This document shows positions 27,531-37,645 of a DNA stretch of 56,298 nucleotides, piece by piece; the stretch's first letter is position 1, and every line of letters begins with the position of its first letter. The notes beneath the pieces were generated by a model. That model saw only the letters and a list, made by a program, of their open reading frames with translations, made no database searches and was not told the origin of the DNA. Both the position numbers and the translations under genes were made by a program. This DNA is from a virus (taxonomy: Duplodnaviria > Caudoviricetes), in IMG/VR virus record IMGVR_UViG_3300045999_003132, positions 1 through 56,298 of that record; one strand, 5' to 3'.

Positions 27531-28010
27531 CGTTTGGTGGCTTGGCGAAGTACCGCCTTGCAGAATGTTGAAATTTAGTACAAAGGCTTGTGGCGGTATT
27601 TTGCCAAACCACTGTTATAAGCCGTTTTTATTCGTGTTTGGCTTAACAATTAAATTTAAAAACAATGTACAATTATCAAACTGAAAAATCGAAAATCTTT
27701 ACGGAAGATGGACAAGAAACATTCTTAAAAATCCGTGACAAAGTACAACAACTACTTAAACAAAGTGGTGCAGTAATGATGCAAAACGCAATTAGTGGAG
27801 TAACTGGCGATAGTTGGTTGCACTTAGCTTGTGTAGATAGGCTTGTTGAACTTAAAGAAATTCGGGAAATCACAAAAGAGAATGTTGCAGGTCAGCATCG
27901 TGTTTTCGTGTCGGTGTCCTAAAATGGCTTATAACTCGTTTATTTCCGCAACAAGACCCAACGATGAGACGCACAATATCAACTACTTATGATTTGAAAT
28001 GGGAGTTATC
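27528..28010 (+). mobile_element. Integron-like gene cassette between two attC-like hairpins
   Basis: TAAC...GTTA hairpin 27528-27617; cassette ends GTTATAAGCCGTTTT and AAAATGGCTTATAAC are complementary; second site ATAACTC...GAGTTAT 27931-28009. Confidence 0.6.
27665..27922 (+). CDS. Hypothetical protein (cassette cargo)
   Basis: AT-rich 85-aa ORF that fills the cassette. Confidence 0.75.
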   Translation: MYNYQTEKSKIFTEDGQETFLKIRDKVQQLLKQSGAVMMQNAISGVTGDSWLHLACVDRLVELKEIREITKENVAGQHRVFVSVS

Positions 28011-28055
28011 GGCAATGGCACTTAGGCCGAATCTGCAACGCATCACAGACATGCC

Positions 28056-28439
28056 ATGCCCGTTCTAATAGCCATACTCACCTTCTGCACCCTGACCGCC
28101 TCCGCTCAGGTCACACTTACGCCCGTCCAAGTCCGCACGGTTCATGCTATCATGGACAGCGAGGCAAGGTTGCGCGAACAGGCGGCCATCGACTCCGCAC
28201 AGCTTGCGGACTATGCGACCGCTTTACATCTGTCCGAGGCGTTGCGAACTAAGGCCGAAGCTGACGCGGTTGACCTTCGTATAATCATTAACGCGGAAAA
28301 GAATCGGGCCGATAAGCTATTTCAATCGGTCACCAGTCAGGCGCGTAAGACCAGCGCACGTTCGGTCTGGGCGTGGGTCGCTACGTCCGTGGCCGTGGTG
28401 GAGGGTGTGATTATCGGGGTGGCGGTCGGAGTGAAGTAG
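28056..28439 (+). CDS. Exported coiled-coil protein with C-terminal TM, spanin-like
   Basis: Signal peptide (..TASAQ), coiled coil, C-terminal hydrophobic helix. Confidence 0.5.
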   Translation: MPVLIAILTFCTLTASAQVTLTPVQVRTVHAIMDSEARLREQAAIDSAQLADYATALHLSEALRTKAEADAVDLRIIINAEKNRADKLFQSVTSQARKTSARSVWAWVATSVAVVEGVIIGVAVGVK

Positions 28440-28571
28440 CAAATAAACTGGACAAGGTTAACCGCGTATGCCTTGCCGTTGGTGGGGCGTGACGATCGCA
28501 CCTATACCCGAACGTGGCCGCAAAATTTATTTTTTGTTGGACTGCGATTTGTGTTGCGCGTGTGGAATAGT

Positions 28572-28583
28572 GGTGTATATTTG
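28572..28583 (+). promoter_or_regulatory. Early-type promoter GGTGTATATTTG
   Basis: GGTGTATRTTTG recurs at 26964, 31617, 31839, 40265 and as a variant at 42060, each with an AT tract about 40-50 nt upstream. Confidence 0.7.
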
Positions 28584-28622
28584 CCCCGTCTTCCAACGGT
28601 GGATGGCGATAAAACAAACATC

Positions 28623-28889
28623 ATGACAAGCACATTTGAACTTCTGAAAAACGGAAAGGTAGCAACATCAGTATGGGCAAACACTACCACAAAAGAGATT
28701 TACCCCGCTAACCGCAACAGCTTCGGCTACAACGCTGAGAAATTCTACAATGCTTTTTGGGACAAGTACGGAAAGGACATGAAGACAAACCAAGGCAAGG
28801 CTAATTACAAGCGTTGGTTCTACTCAGCTGCATCAATGCAATCGGTGGGATTCAAATTGGTTCTTCGCGGTGAAAATCCCCTTTGGTAA
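28623..28889 (+). CDS. Hypothetical early protein
   Basis: A-rich leader and ATG after the promoter. Confidence 0.65.
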   Translation: MTSTFELLKNGKVATSVWANTTTKEIYPANRNSFGYNAEKFYNAFWDKYGKDMKTNQGKANYKRWFYSAASMQSVGFKLVLRGENPLW

Positions 28890-28934
28890 AAAAACACGGG
28901 GGCGATAACATCAAACCCGCTTAAAACACACACC

Positions 28935-29138
28935 ATGACCTTCACAGAACACATCGAACTTAGCGGCATCGGTCTAATCGTTTCGGGCGATTACGAATAT
29001 TGCTCAGGCGACCGAGACACGAATGGCAGCACCATCATCACCATTTGCAGCGTTGTGGTTGCTGAGTGGGACTTGGAGATTTACATGTCAATCACTCCCG
29101 ACATGGAAAGGCAGATCAAAGAACTCGTTAACCCTTAA
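28935..29138 (+). CDS. Hypothetical protein
   Basis: ORF with A/C-rich leader. Confidence 0.6.
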   Translation: MTFTEHIELSGIGLIVSGDYEYCSGDRDTNGSTIITICSVVVAEWDLEIYMSITPDMERQIKELVNP

Positions 29139-29149
29139 TCAATAACACC

Positions 29150-29845
29150 ATGAAACAATTAGCTAAGGCCGTCCTTGCCGTAATGGACGAAGTGAAAGGA
29201 GTAGAGAAGAACATGACTGTTGGCGCTGGTCAGAACACCTATAAAGGCGTTAGTGACAAAGATGTTAAATTGGCAATAGGTAGGGCGATGCAAAAGCATG
29301 GCCTTTGCCTTATGCCTATTGGCGTTGAGGAATCGGCACAGGTTGACCGTTGGGAGGCCGTAGACCCTTGGAGCAAATCAACTCCAAAAGAAACGAAGTG
29401 GTATCAATCTGTGTTCACCAAAGTCACTACGAAGTACCTTTTACTCCACGAAAGCGGTGAAAGCATTGAGTTGGCAAGTTATGGGCATGGAGTAGATCCG
29501 CAAGACAAGGGGGCTGGCAAAGCCACAACCTACGCGCTCAAGAACCTGTTACTTTATATGTTCCTTGTTCCAACGGGTACTATTGACGACACGGACACAA
29601 CGCACAGCGATAACATTCCAACGCCTCCACCTGCGACCGTTGCACCTGTCAGACCAGCGCAATCACTTAGCGAGATTGCGGCCAAACCCGCATCAGACGT
29701 TGCGCCCCTTGCCGCCATCAAATCGGCCAAGACACTACCCGAACTTGCGGCCGTGTGGAAATCGCTCACACAGGCGGAACAGAAGCTGCCAACGGTTACG
29801 GCTGCGAAGGATGCACGTAAGAACGAACTGACACCACAGCCATGA
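29150..29845 (+). CDS. erf: ERF-family single-strand annealing protein
   Basis: KHGL.L.P, HESGE, G.D.QDKGAGKATTYALK, DDTD. Confidence 0.85.
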   Translation: MKQLAKAVLAVMDEVKGVEKNMTVGAGQNTYKGVSDKDVKLAIGRAMQKHGLCLMPIGVEESAQVDRWEAVDPWSKSTPKETKWYQSVFTKVTTKYLLLHESGESIELASYGHGVDPQDKGAGKATTYALKNLLLYMFLVPTGTIDDTDTTHSDNIPTPPPATVAPVRPAQSLSEIAAKPASDVAPLAAIKSAKTLPELAAVWKSLTQAEQKLPTVTAAKDARKNELTPQP

Positions 29846-30333
29846 GAAAGCCACTCTACCAAATCGAATCCGACTACCTTGCCATTGCAGACGCTTTGGA
29901 GACGGGGGAACTTACGCCCGAACTTGAGACGGCACTTGCCATTACCGAACAGGAATTGCAGGTTAAGGCGGTCGGGTACGGTTACATAATCAAAGACGCG
30001 GAGGCGAACATAGACGCTATTGATGCGGAGATTAAGCGCCTGCAAGCGTTGAAGAAATCGGAGCATACAAAGGCCGACAGGATGAAACAGGCCATTAGCC
30101 AAGCCATGCAGCTATTCGGAATCCACGAGGTCAAAACGCCCACGCTGAAACTATCCTTTCGCAAGTCAACGCGGGTGGTGGGAATGTCGTTCGATGAGTT
30201 GCCCGATGCCTACTTGACCATCGTGCCAGAGCAGCGAAAGCCGAACCTAACGGCTATTGGTGCAGCTATTAAGGAGGGGCAGACGGTGGGCGATTATCGC
30301 ATTGAAGAACATTTGAACCTTCAGATAAAATGA
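29842..30333 (+). CDS. Siphovirus Gp157-family protein
   Basis: LYQI, IDAEIKRLQALKK, LSFRKS, PN.TAI..AIKEG, NLQIK. Confidence 0.85.
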   Translation: MRKPLYQIESDYLAIADALETGELTPELETALAITEQELQVKAVGYGYIIKDAEANIDAIDAEIKRLQALKKSEHTKADRMKQAISQAMQLFGIHEVKTPTLKLSFRKSTRVVGMSFDELPDAYLTIVPEQRKPNLTAIGAAIKEGQTVGDYRIEEHLNLQIK

Positions 30334-30485
30334 GCAACGACATCACATTCTGCACCAACGTCAACTGCCCGATGAAAGCCAACTGCAAGCGCGCAGACAG
30401 GCCGAAGGTTATTTACTGGATTTCACAGGCGTTGTTCGTTCCTAATGAGGACGGGAGTTGTTCCTACCTAATCCCGAAGCCATGA
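30330..30485 (+). CDS. Small Cys-rich protein (51 aa, not in the ORF track)
   Basis: MSNDITFCTNVNCPMKANCKR...C; ATGA overlaps on both sides. Confidence 0.6.
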   Translation: MSNDITFCTNVNCPMKANCKRADRPKVIYWISQALFVPNEDGSCSYLIPKP

Positions 30486-30690
30486 AATACCTCTACATTT
30501 ACGTCTTCACCACCTGCGTACTCCCGTGGTCGCCTTGGTTCGGTGACAAGCCGCAAGCCGTGACCATTGAACCGACACCGCCAATCGTTCGCGAATACCT
30601 TTGCGATTGCGGGTGGCGTAAATACTACCTATGGCATGATGTGGTAGTCAGTCCTTTCAGTAAGCAACTTCAAAAACAACCTTTCTAAAA

Positions 30691-30936
30691 ATGATATTCG
30701 CAAGCGACCCAATCAAAGTGCCAAAGGACAAGCCCGAACTTGAACAACTAACGGCCATCTACTCACAGGAAGATGACTGCTGTAAATCGTCAGACTTCGG
30801 GAGACAGGACATTGAAATATCAACGCATGATGGAGGTGGAGGCAAATTCTACACCATCAGAACAGACCGCTGGGCGTTTGACAGCATCGAAGAACTTACA
30901 ACCCTAATCAATAACTTCATCAAGAAAACCAAATGA
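30691..30936 (+). CDS. Hypothetical protein
   Basis: Coupled ORF; GGGKFY..TDRWAFD. Confidence 0.6.
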   Translation: MIFASDPIKVPKDKPELEQLTAIYSQEDDCCKSSDFGRQDIEISTHDGGGGKFYTIRTDRWAFDSIEELTTLINNFIKKTK

Positions 30937-31253
30937 CAATCACAGGAACAATTCACCACATCGGCCCCGTTGAGACGGTGGGCAGTAACGGATTCACTAA
31001 GCAACTCTTAGTGGTCAACAACGGGCAGCAGTACGATAACCTAACGCCTATTGAGTTCGCGAAGGATAAGACCGCGCTACTCAACGGGCTAAGGGTAGGG
31101 CAGTCCGTGACCGTTCACACGAATGTTGGCGGGAGGGAATACAACGGCAAGTATTACCCAAGCGTAAGGGGTTGGAAAGTGGAGGCACAGTCCGCACCCG
31201 TGGCCGCGCAACGCCCATTGGTTGAGGACGTAAATGCGGATATTCCTTTTTGA
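30933..31253 (+). CDS. DUF3127 family OB-fold (SSB-like) protein
   Basis: GFTKQ, IEF..DK, GREYNGKYY.S..GWK, acidic DIPF tail. Confidence 0.85.
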   Translation: MTITGTIHHIGPVETVGSNGFTKQLLVVNNGQQYDNLTPIEFAKDKTALLNGLRVGQSVTVHTNVGGREYNGKYYPSVRGWKVEAQSAPVAAQRPLVEDVNADIPF

Positions 31254-31545
31254 TGGCAACCGTCCACGTACTCCGCAAAACGCCCGATTACCGCAAGGGT
31301 GACATCCTCAAACCGATGACCATCGGCAAACACAACAACCTGTACGGGGTGGATAGGGTCAACAAGTTCCACACGGTCGAGTTCATAGAGGCCCGACCCG
31401 ATACCTTCGAGATAAGACCTTAGCCCGTGCGTGTATGGACTACCGTCCGCCTGTACGGGAGTGAATGGGCCATCCAGCTTGATAGTCAACGCGGTCTGCA
31501 TCGGGCGTGTGTAATCATGGGCCGCAATGGATGGCAAACAGGATT

Positions 31546-31580
31546 GAACCCTGCCCGTTAATTCGGGTGGGGTTCTCTTA
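31546..31580 (+). terminator. Rho-independent terminator
   Basis: GAACCCTGCCCG-TTAATT-CGGGTGGGGTTC then T-rich tail. Confidence 0.7.
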
Positions 31581-31651
31581 TTTATTTTATGGCCTTTGTG
31601 ATTCGCGTTTATTCTTGGTGTATGTTTGCCCCGAACTTAAAACATCACGCC

Positions 31652-33085
31652 ATGAAAAAAGAATCAACAATTAACAGGAGGATTTCGAAATTGGAGGAAT
31701 CATTGTCCAAAATCAAAGCGGCAGAGAGCCTTAATCCTGTTTATAGGAAGAGGGCTATTTACACAATTAGGATATTACTTCGGGAGTTAAAGTGGGTTGT
31801 GAAATAATTTTTCGTGGGGTGTTGTGGGAATCAAATAAGGTGTATATTTGTGGGGTCAAAAAAACACACACAACATGAACGCTACTTCAAAATTCACAGA
31901 GGGAATCACTTACGAGGGTTGCGGTGCTTACGGTTATTCATACCTTACCGTTCTGAGCAGAACTGAAAAGACAATCCTTGCAGAAACGCGTTTGGGTAAA
32001 AAGCGTTTAAAGATTCAGAATTTCAAAAACGGTCAGGAGTCAGTTTCATGGGGTGCGTGGACATCATCATCTAACGATGTATTCAATGGAGGCAATTAAC
32101 AGAAAAGAGTTACAGCTTTTGATGGAGGTCAAAGGCTTTCAATTGCGTTGTGGATATATTCTGCTGAAAAACAAAGAGGGAATTTCTAACGAGATTCCAA
32201 GGCTGGAAGATGATATGTGTTGGGAACTTGGAATAGAACACGACTCGCAATTATCGCAGATTCTCGGAGCATTCAAAGCATACTTAGATGAAAAGGTACG
32301 AACACATGACAAAGCATGAACGGGTGCAAATTGCAGCCGATGCGCTTGTTGAATTAAAGACGGAAGCAACAACGGGATACCCTAAGCCTATGCTTATAGA
32401 GGCACTTGTTAGGCAGATGCAAATAGCTATGGCAGAGGCTCAACTACTCTCTGAGATTGGAGACTCGGGATGGTGGTCAAACAGAAGAAAGGACGTTTTG
32501 ATTGGGCATAATTACAAGAGGACAAAGACAAAAACAAAACGCAAGAAGAAAAAGATTGACACCGATAACGACCCAAGATATTACGAGAGAAACTTTAATA
32601 GAAATAGCAGATGGTAAAGAAAAGATTTCGCAAGGCTAAAAGCGTAGAAAGCGCAATAATTGACGAAATACTAAATTCGGCAGACCCGTTATTTTTGCAG
32701 AGCATTGAAGATGAAATGGTACTTGCAACGATACCCGATGAACAGCGTCCCAGTGCAAGTCTTTTGCGCCCGAGTGATGACGCTCGTCACTCGGGATAAT
32801 TAACCAAAACAAACATTACACCCCATGACCCACACAGAACTTCAATCCCTAACCGACAGCGGCCACGACCTGACCGCTAAGGTAGCCCTTGCGATTATCG
32901 CAGCGGCAAACGTAGGCCCTTCAACGCTTGAAATGCAGGTGGATAACGTGACGCTTGGAATGATAGCGAGGACGTTGGGAATGGAAACGGAAAAGTATCG
33001 CCCGTTCGCCTACGGTACGCGCTACGATTTACGCCTCACATTCATGGAGGTTTACGTTTTGATTTACGCCCGTGTTCCACGATGA
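31652..33085 (+). other. Cluster of small, mostly AT-rich early hypothetical genes
   Basis: ORFs 31652-31807, 31875-32099, 32086-32319, 32306-32617, 32611-32799, 32825-33085 behind two early-type promoters. Confidence 0.6.
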
Positions 33086-33369
33086 AAAAGCCAACACTTT
33101 ACAGGTACGTTGTAACTGGTACGTTTCACGGTTCAATCGTTGAAGCGAAAAGCGAGGGTGACGCAAGAAGGGCGTTTCACAAGCGCTACAATGGTGAAAG
33201 TATTTTGAGCATAAGAAAGCAAGGCAATCTACCATCTTTTGCCTATGAACTTTGAAACCATTGGCCGACCATATCCAAAAGCGTGGATAATCGGCAAGCA
33301 ACTGACCCATGACAAAAGCAGATTCAGCACCCGAACACATAACACTAACCAAGTAAAACCAAACACTAA

Positions 33370-34242
33370 ATGAATATCCTATCCTTGTTTGATGGAATGT
33401 CTTGCGGTCAAATTGCCATAAATAAGTTGGGTATTCCTTACGATAGATACGTTTCATCTGAAATTGACGCTCACTCAATTAAGATTACGCAAAAGAACTA
33501 CCCGAAAACAGAGCAAATTGGAGGTGTGGAGCATATAATTACAGACCAGTTATTAGGAATTGATGTTCTTTTAGGTGGAAGCCCATGCCAAGATTTGTCC
33601 AATGTCAATGTTTACACTAATCAAAAGGGAATAAACGGAGAAAAGTCAAAGCTATTTTGGGAGTTTGTCAGAATATTGAATGACACAAATCCGCAATGGT
33701 TCTTGTTTGAAAATGTTGGTAGCGCATCAAAAGAAGATGTTAAGGTTATTGATAGTGAACTTGGAGTTTCGGGAATACCTTTTAACTCTAAGAATGTGTC
33801 AATGCAGTATAGGAATAGAACTTACTGGACAAACATTCCTTTTGATTGGATGTGTCAATCCAAGCAGCCAAGCATAAAAACAATTCTTGAAAAAGATGTA
33901 GATTCAAAATACTACGTAACCGAAAAGATGCGCGACTACATTATGAGCATGGGGACTGGTGGGTGGCAAAGCGGAAAACTTGAAATTGATTTGGACACAG
34001 CCCGTCCATTGACAGCAACAATGCACAAAATGCACAGGGCCGACACTGACAACTATGTTACTGGAATTGCACCAATAGGAAAGACAAACATTCGCAGGTT
34101 GACACCTATTGAATGCGAAAGACTCATGGGTGTTCCTGACAATTATACTTATGGAGTTAGTGACACGCAGAGATATAGAATGCTTGGCAACGGTTGGCAG
34201 GTTGACACAATTTGCCACATCTTAAAAGGAATTACTAATTAG
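33370..34242 (+). CDS. DNA (cytosine-5) methyltransferase
   Basis: LSLFDGMSCG, GGSPCQ, ENV, QYRNR, RRLTPIECERL, LGNGW. Confidence 0.93.
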   Translation: MNILSLFDGMSCGQIAINKLGIPYDRYVSSEIDAHSIKITQKNYPKTEQIGGVEHIITDQLLGIDVLLGGSPCQDLSNVNVYTNQKGINGEKSKLFWEFVRILNDTNPQWFLFENVGSASKEDVKVIDSELGVSGIPFNSKNVSMQYRNRTYWTNIPFDWMCQSKQPSIKTILEKDVDSKYYVTEKMRDYIMSMGTGGWQSGKLEIDLDTARPLTATMHKMHRADTDNYVTGIAPIGKTNIRRLTPIECERLMGVPDNYTYGVSDTQRYRMLGNGWQVDTICHILKGITN

Positions 34243-34409
34243 ATGGAACAAGGTTTAAGACTAACAGCCCACGGATGGCTACACGGGGTATTCAAGGACT
34301 CACAGGGCCGTTGGATGATGTCAGTCAGGACGGAAGCGGGGGAGTGGTTGGAAGTGCCGCATGATGGTAAGGAAGGGCCGAGGACAGCTAATACTAAACA
34401 GAAAAGGAA

Positions 34410-34700
34410 ATGAGACACTGGACACGCACCACCACCGCCTGCACTTACACGCCCACCGTTCCCGCGATTGACCGCGTGGGGCAACTACTCCGCGAAGGAC
34501 ACACGCTGACCACCTCCACAGCTTTCACTGTTCACGGCATCACCGCGCTGCCCTCCGTAATCGCACGGCTAAAGGCGAAGGGGTGGAGGATAACGATACG
34601 GAGGGTGGGAACGGTCAACAGCGTGGGGGATAACGTGACTGTGTGCGAGTATTTTCTAACGCCTGAGATGGCAAAAACACAGAGGGAATGGAATGGATAA
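34410..34700 (+). CDS. Winged-helix protein
   Basis: LREGHTLT..AF..GITALPSVIARLK..GW.I. Confidence 0.6.
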   Translation: MRHWTRTTTACTYTPTVPAIDRVGQLLREGHTLTTSTAFTVHGITALPSVIARLKAKGWRITIRRVGTVNSVGDNVTVCEYFLTPEMAKTQREWNG

Positions 34701-34939
34701 GCGTAAATGATAGTTTGCCTGAAAGGGACGTTGAGGTTCTAATTTTTTACGCGACCGATATTGCTCAAGCATACTTACATGGTGAGACTTGGAAAGGTTC
34801 ATTAATGGTGACGGACAATATGAACGATGGGTATGTTGCCGATAGAACCATTTGCAAACTTGGCGGACATTTTGACTTTGTAACCCACTGGATGCCGTTA
34901 CCACCACCTCCACAAACAACTAACCAAACAGACAAATGA
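34688..34939 (+). CDS. DUF551-like protein
   Basis: MEWISV.D.LP ... VTHWMPLPPPP. Confidence 0.85.
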   Translation: MEWISVNDSLPERDVEVLIFYATDIAQAYLHGETWKGSLMVTDNMNDGYVADRTICKLGGHFDFVTHWMPLPPPPQTTNQTDK

Positions 34940-35286
34940 GACAGATTGAATTTCGAGGGTTACGCACGGACGGCAAAGGGTGGGCGTATGGTGATTTACT
35001 TCAACCGCATCAGGGCAACCCCGACACGTTTATCGCAGTAGATAACGGCCACATTCAACCCGTCAACCCCTCCACGGTCGGCCAGTTCACGGGGCTTTAC
35101 GACCGCAACGGGGTGAAGATTTTTGAGGGTGACAAGCATTCAGACGGAGGCGTAGTTATTTGGAACGCTGATGACGCTTCATTCTGTTGGTATTGGGAAC
35201 ACGTTGAAACCGTTGGAATGGAAGGTGAATCTTCTTGGGCCGAAATCACAGGCAACATTCACGAACCCGCCACGGGTCGGAAGTAA
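34936..35286 (+). CDS. YopX family protein
   Basis: MRQIEFRG, TVGQFTGLYDRNGVKIFEGD, GNIHE. Confidence 0.85.
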   Translation: MRQIEFRGLRTDGKGWAYGDLLQPHQGNPDTFIAVDNGHIQPVNPSTVGQFTGLYDRNGVKIFEGDKHSDGGVVIWNADDASFCWYWEHVETVGMEGESSWAEITGNIHEPATGRK

Positions 35287-35443
35287 ATCGTATATTTGCA
35301 GAACGCCCGATGACAAGGACGCATTAAACAAAGGGGAGCATTCAATGGACATTCATCACGGAGGTAAAGCAACGGTCTGAGGCGGCTCCCCGCTCCCGTT
35401 GGCATTGGCCGTCACCCAATGCACCTCCATCCATTGCTTTACA

Positions 35444-37645
35444 ATGAGCAAAATCAGTTTATTCAATCGCCTACCCTCAAAGGGTCGGGTTCACACCTGC
35501 GATGAGATAGTCACCATTTCGGACTTTCTGAACTCCGTAAAGTACGGGAAGTGGAGCGACCAGATAAAGGCCATCCGCGCAATAGCCGATAAGACCGCAA
35601 GGGATAACGCCAAAAAGAACATACCATCCGTTACCATTGCGGGGGTGTTCAAAGAGCGAAAGGCCGAACTACTGATTGAACACAGCGGGTACATTGCCGT
35701 TGACATAGACGGCTACAATGACAAATCGCAGCTACTAGCAGACCCGTACACATACGCCCTGTTCTACTCCGCAAGCGGTAAGGGCGTTGTGGTGGTGGTG
35801 AAGGTCAATCCCGACAAGCACAAAGAGAGTTACCGTTGGCTTTCAAATTACTACTTCACCACATACGGGATTGCAGTAGATGAAGCCCCGAAGTCGGTAG
35901 CCTCCCTGCGTTTCGTATCGTTTGACCCTGACCTATTCATTAACGAACGGTCTAAAAAGTCGGGGGTAAAAGCGGAGCAGAAAGCCCGTCCTCAATCCAT
36001 ACCCGTTGTTCTGCCACAATCGGTAGCCGCTGAAATGTGCGCGGAGTGCGCTTCGCAAGGCCACGACATTGCACCCGATTACGATAGCTATTTCAGGCTA
36101 GGGCTATCACTTGCCAAAGGATTTGGGGAAGAGGGCCGTGCGATGTTTCACATGCTTTGTGGCCCGTCTCCGAAATACGACAGCGTTCAGGCTGACCGCA
36201 AGTACAATGAGTGCCTAAAGACCGCGCCTCATTCAAAGATAAATGTAGGCACGTTCTACTGGATGCTTAAACAGGTAGGCATTCATGCACCGAACACCAA
36301 TCACAGGGCCGTTCAGGTGGCCGCGCTAGGCAAGAAAGCAGGGCGCAACGTGGAGGGCGTGGTTCAGCAGCTTGTTGAGATGGAGGGCATCGGTCGGGAA
36401 CAGGCGCAAGCGTTGGCGAACGAAGTATATCAAAGGGATGACATCGACATTCGAAAGGTGTCAGCTGACCCAGAGAACATCATTGAAGGGGTTATGGAGT
36501 TCATCAAACAGAATCACCCCATAAGACGAAACAGCATAACCCAAAAGCTAGAAGAGAACGGGCAGGAGGTCAGTAAGGAACGGTTGAATACCATTTACCT
36601 ACGGGCGCGTTCCATGTTCAACACTAAGGACATCACATTCGACCTTATCGACCGCGTTATATTTTCGGACTTTACGCATGAGTTCAACCCGATCAACGAA
36701 TACATAGACCGAAACCGTTACCGAAACGGAAGCGGACACATAGACGCGTTGACGCGAACTATAAAGACGGACAGCCCGAACAGCGACACGTTCATTCGCA
36801 AGTGGTGCTTGGGGTGGATAGCGGCAATTAACGGCCACCCCGTGCGCTCCGTTCTTACGCTTGTCGGAGGACAGAACACGGGCAAGACCGAATGGTTCCG
36901 AAGGTTGCCACCGTCACCACTTCGCAAGTATTACGCTGAAAGCAAACTTGACGCGGGAAAGGACGATGACATTCTCATGTGCCAAAAGTTATGGGTAATG
37001 GATGATGAGATGGGAGGCAAGTCAAAACAGGACGAAAAGCGTTTCAAGGAACTGACAAGCAAAAGCACGTTCTCACTTCGCGCACCTTACGGACGGCACA
37101 ATGAGGACTACAAGCGTTTGGCCGTGCTTTGCGGAACTTCAAACGAAGAGGACATCATTAACGACCCGACAGGGAACACGCGTATTCTGCCCGTCCGTGT
37201 CATCAGTATAGACCATGAGGCTTACAATGCCATTGATAAGGATGAGTTGTTCATGGAGTGCGTACGTGCCTATGAAAGCGGTGAAGAGTGGCAGCTTAAC
37301 AAGTCGGAACTTGCCGCTTTGGATGAGATGGGAGTGGAGTTTGAAACCACACCGTTTGAAAGGGAACTGATACTAGCGCACTTCGCACCGCCACACGCGG
37401 GGGCTTACTCTACATTCTTGTCATGTACGGACATGAAGGACGTAATAGAAACGCGAACGAAGCAAAAGCTGATGAGTACAAAACGCTTCGGAATGGAGTT
37501 GAAGCGAATCTTTGGAAAGCCAGTGAGCAAGCGAATCAATGGGTTTCCTGTGAAGGTTTACGAGGTGGTGAAAATGGACTACAACAATCCTACTACATAC
37601 GAAAGCCGCGCCAACACTAGGGAAGAGGACGATGTTCCCTTCTAG
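35444..37645 (+). CDS. Primase-helicase (BT4734/VirE-N, PriCT-2, VapE/VirE ATPase)
   Basis: HSGYIAVDID, SASGKG, RFVSFDP; GGQNTGKT Walker A, MDDE, RAPYGR, GTSN, DPTGNTR. Confidence 0.88.
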   Translation: MSKISLFNRLPSKGRVHTCDEIVTISDFLNSVKYGKWSDQIKAIRAIADKTARDNAKKNIPSVTIAGVFKERKAELLIEHSGYIAVDIDGYNDKSQLLADPYTYALFYSASGKGVVVVVKVNPDKHKESYRWLSNYYFTTYGIAVDEAPKSVASLRFVSFDPDLFINERSKKSGVKAEQKARPQSIPVVLPQSVAAEMCAECASQGHDIAPDYDSYFRLGLSLAKGFGEEGRAMFHMLCGPSPKYDSVQADRKYNECLKTAPHSKINVGTFYWMLKQVGIHAPNTNHRAVQVAALGKKAGRNVEGVVQQLVEMEGIGREQAQALANEVYQRDDIDIRKVSADPENIIEGVMEFIKQNHPIRRNSITQKLEENGQEVSKERLNTIYLRARSMFNTKDITFDLIDRVIFSDFTHEFNPINEYIDRNRYRNGSGHIDALTRTIKTDSPNSDTFIRKWCLGWIAAINGHPVRSVLTLVGGQNTGKTEWFRRLPPSPLRKYYAESKLDAGKDDDILMCQKLWVMDDEMGGKSKQDEKRFKELTSKSTFSLRAPYGRHNEDYKRLAVLCGTSNEEDIINDPTGNTRILPVRVISIDHEAYNAIDKDELFMECVRAYESGEEWQLNKSELAALDEMGVEFETTPFERELILAHFAPPHAGAYSTFLSCTDMKDVIETRTKQKLMSTKRFGMELKRIFGKPVSKRINGFPVKVYEVVKMDYNNPTTYESRANTREEDDVPF

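Noticed and set aside
31424-31540. tRNA gene
   Set aside because: No T-loop GTTCRA, D-loop pattern or cloverleaf spacing
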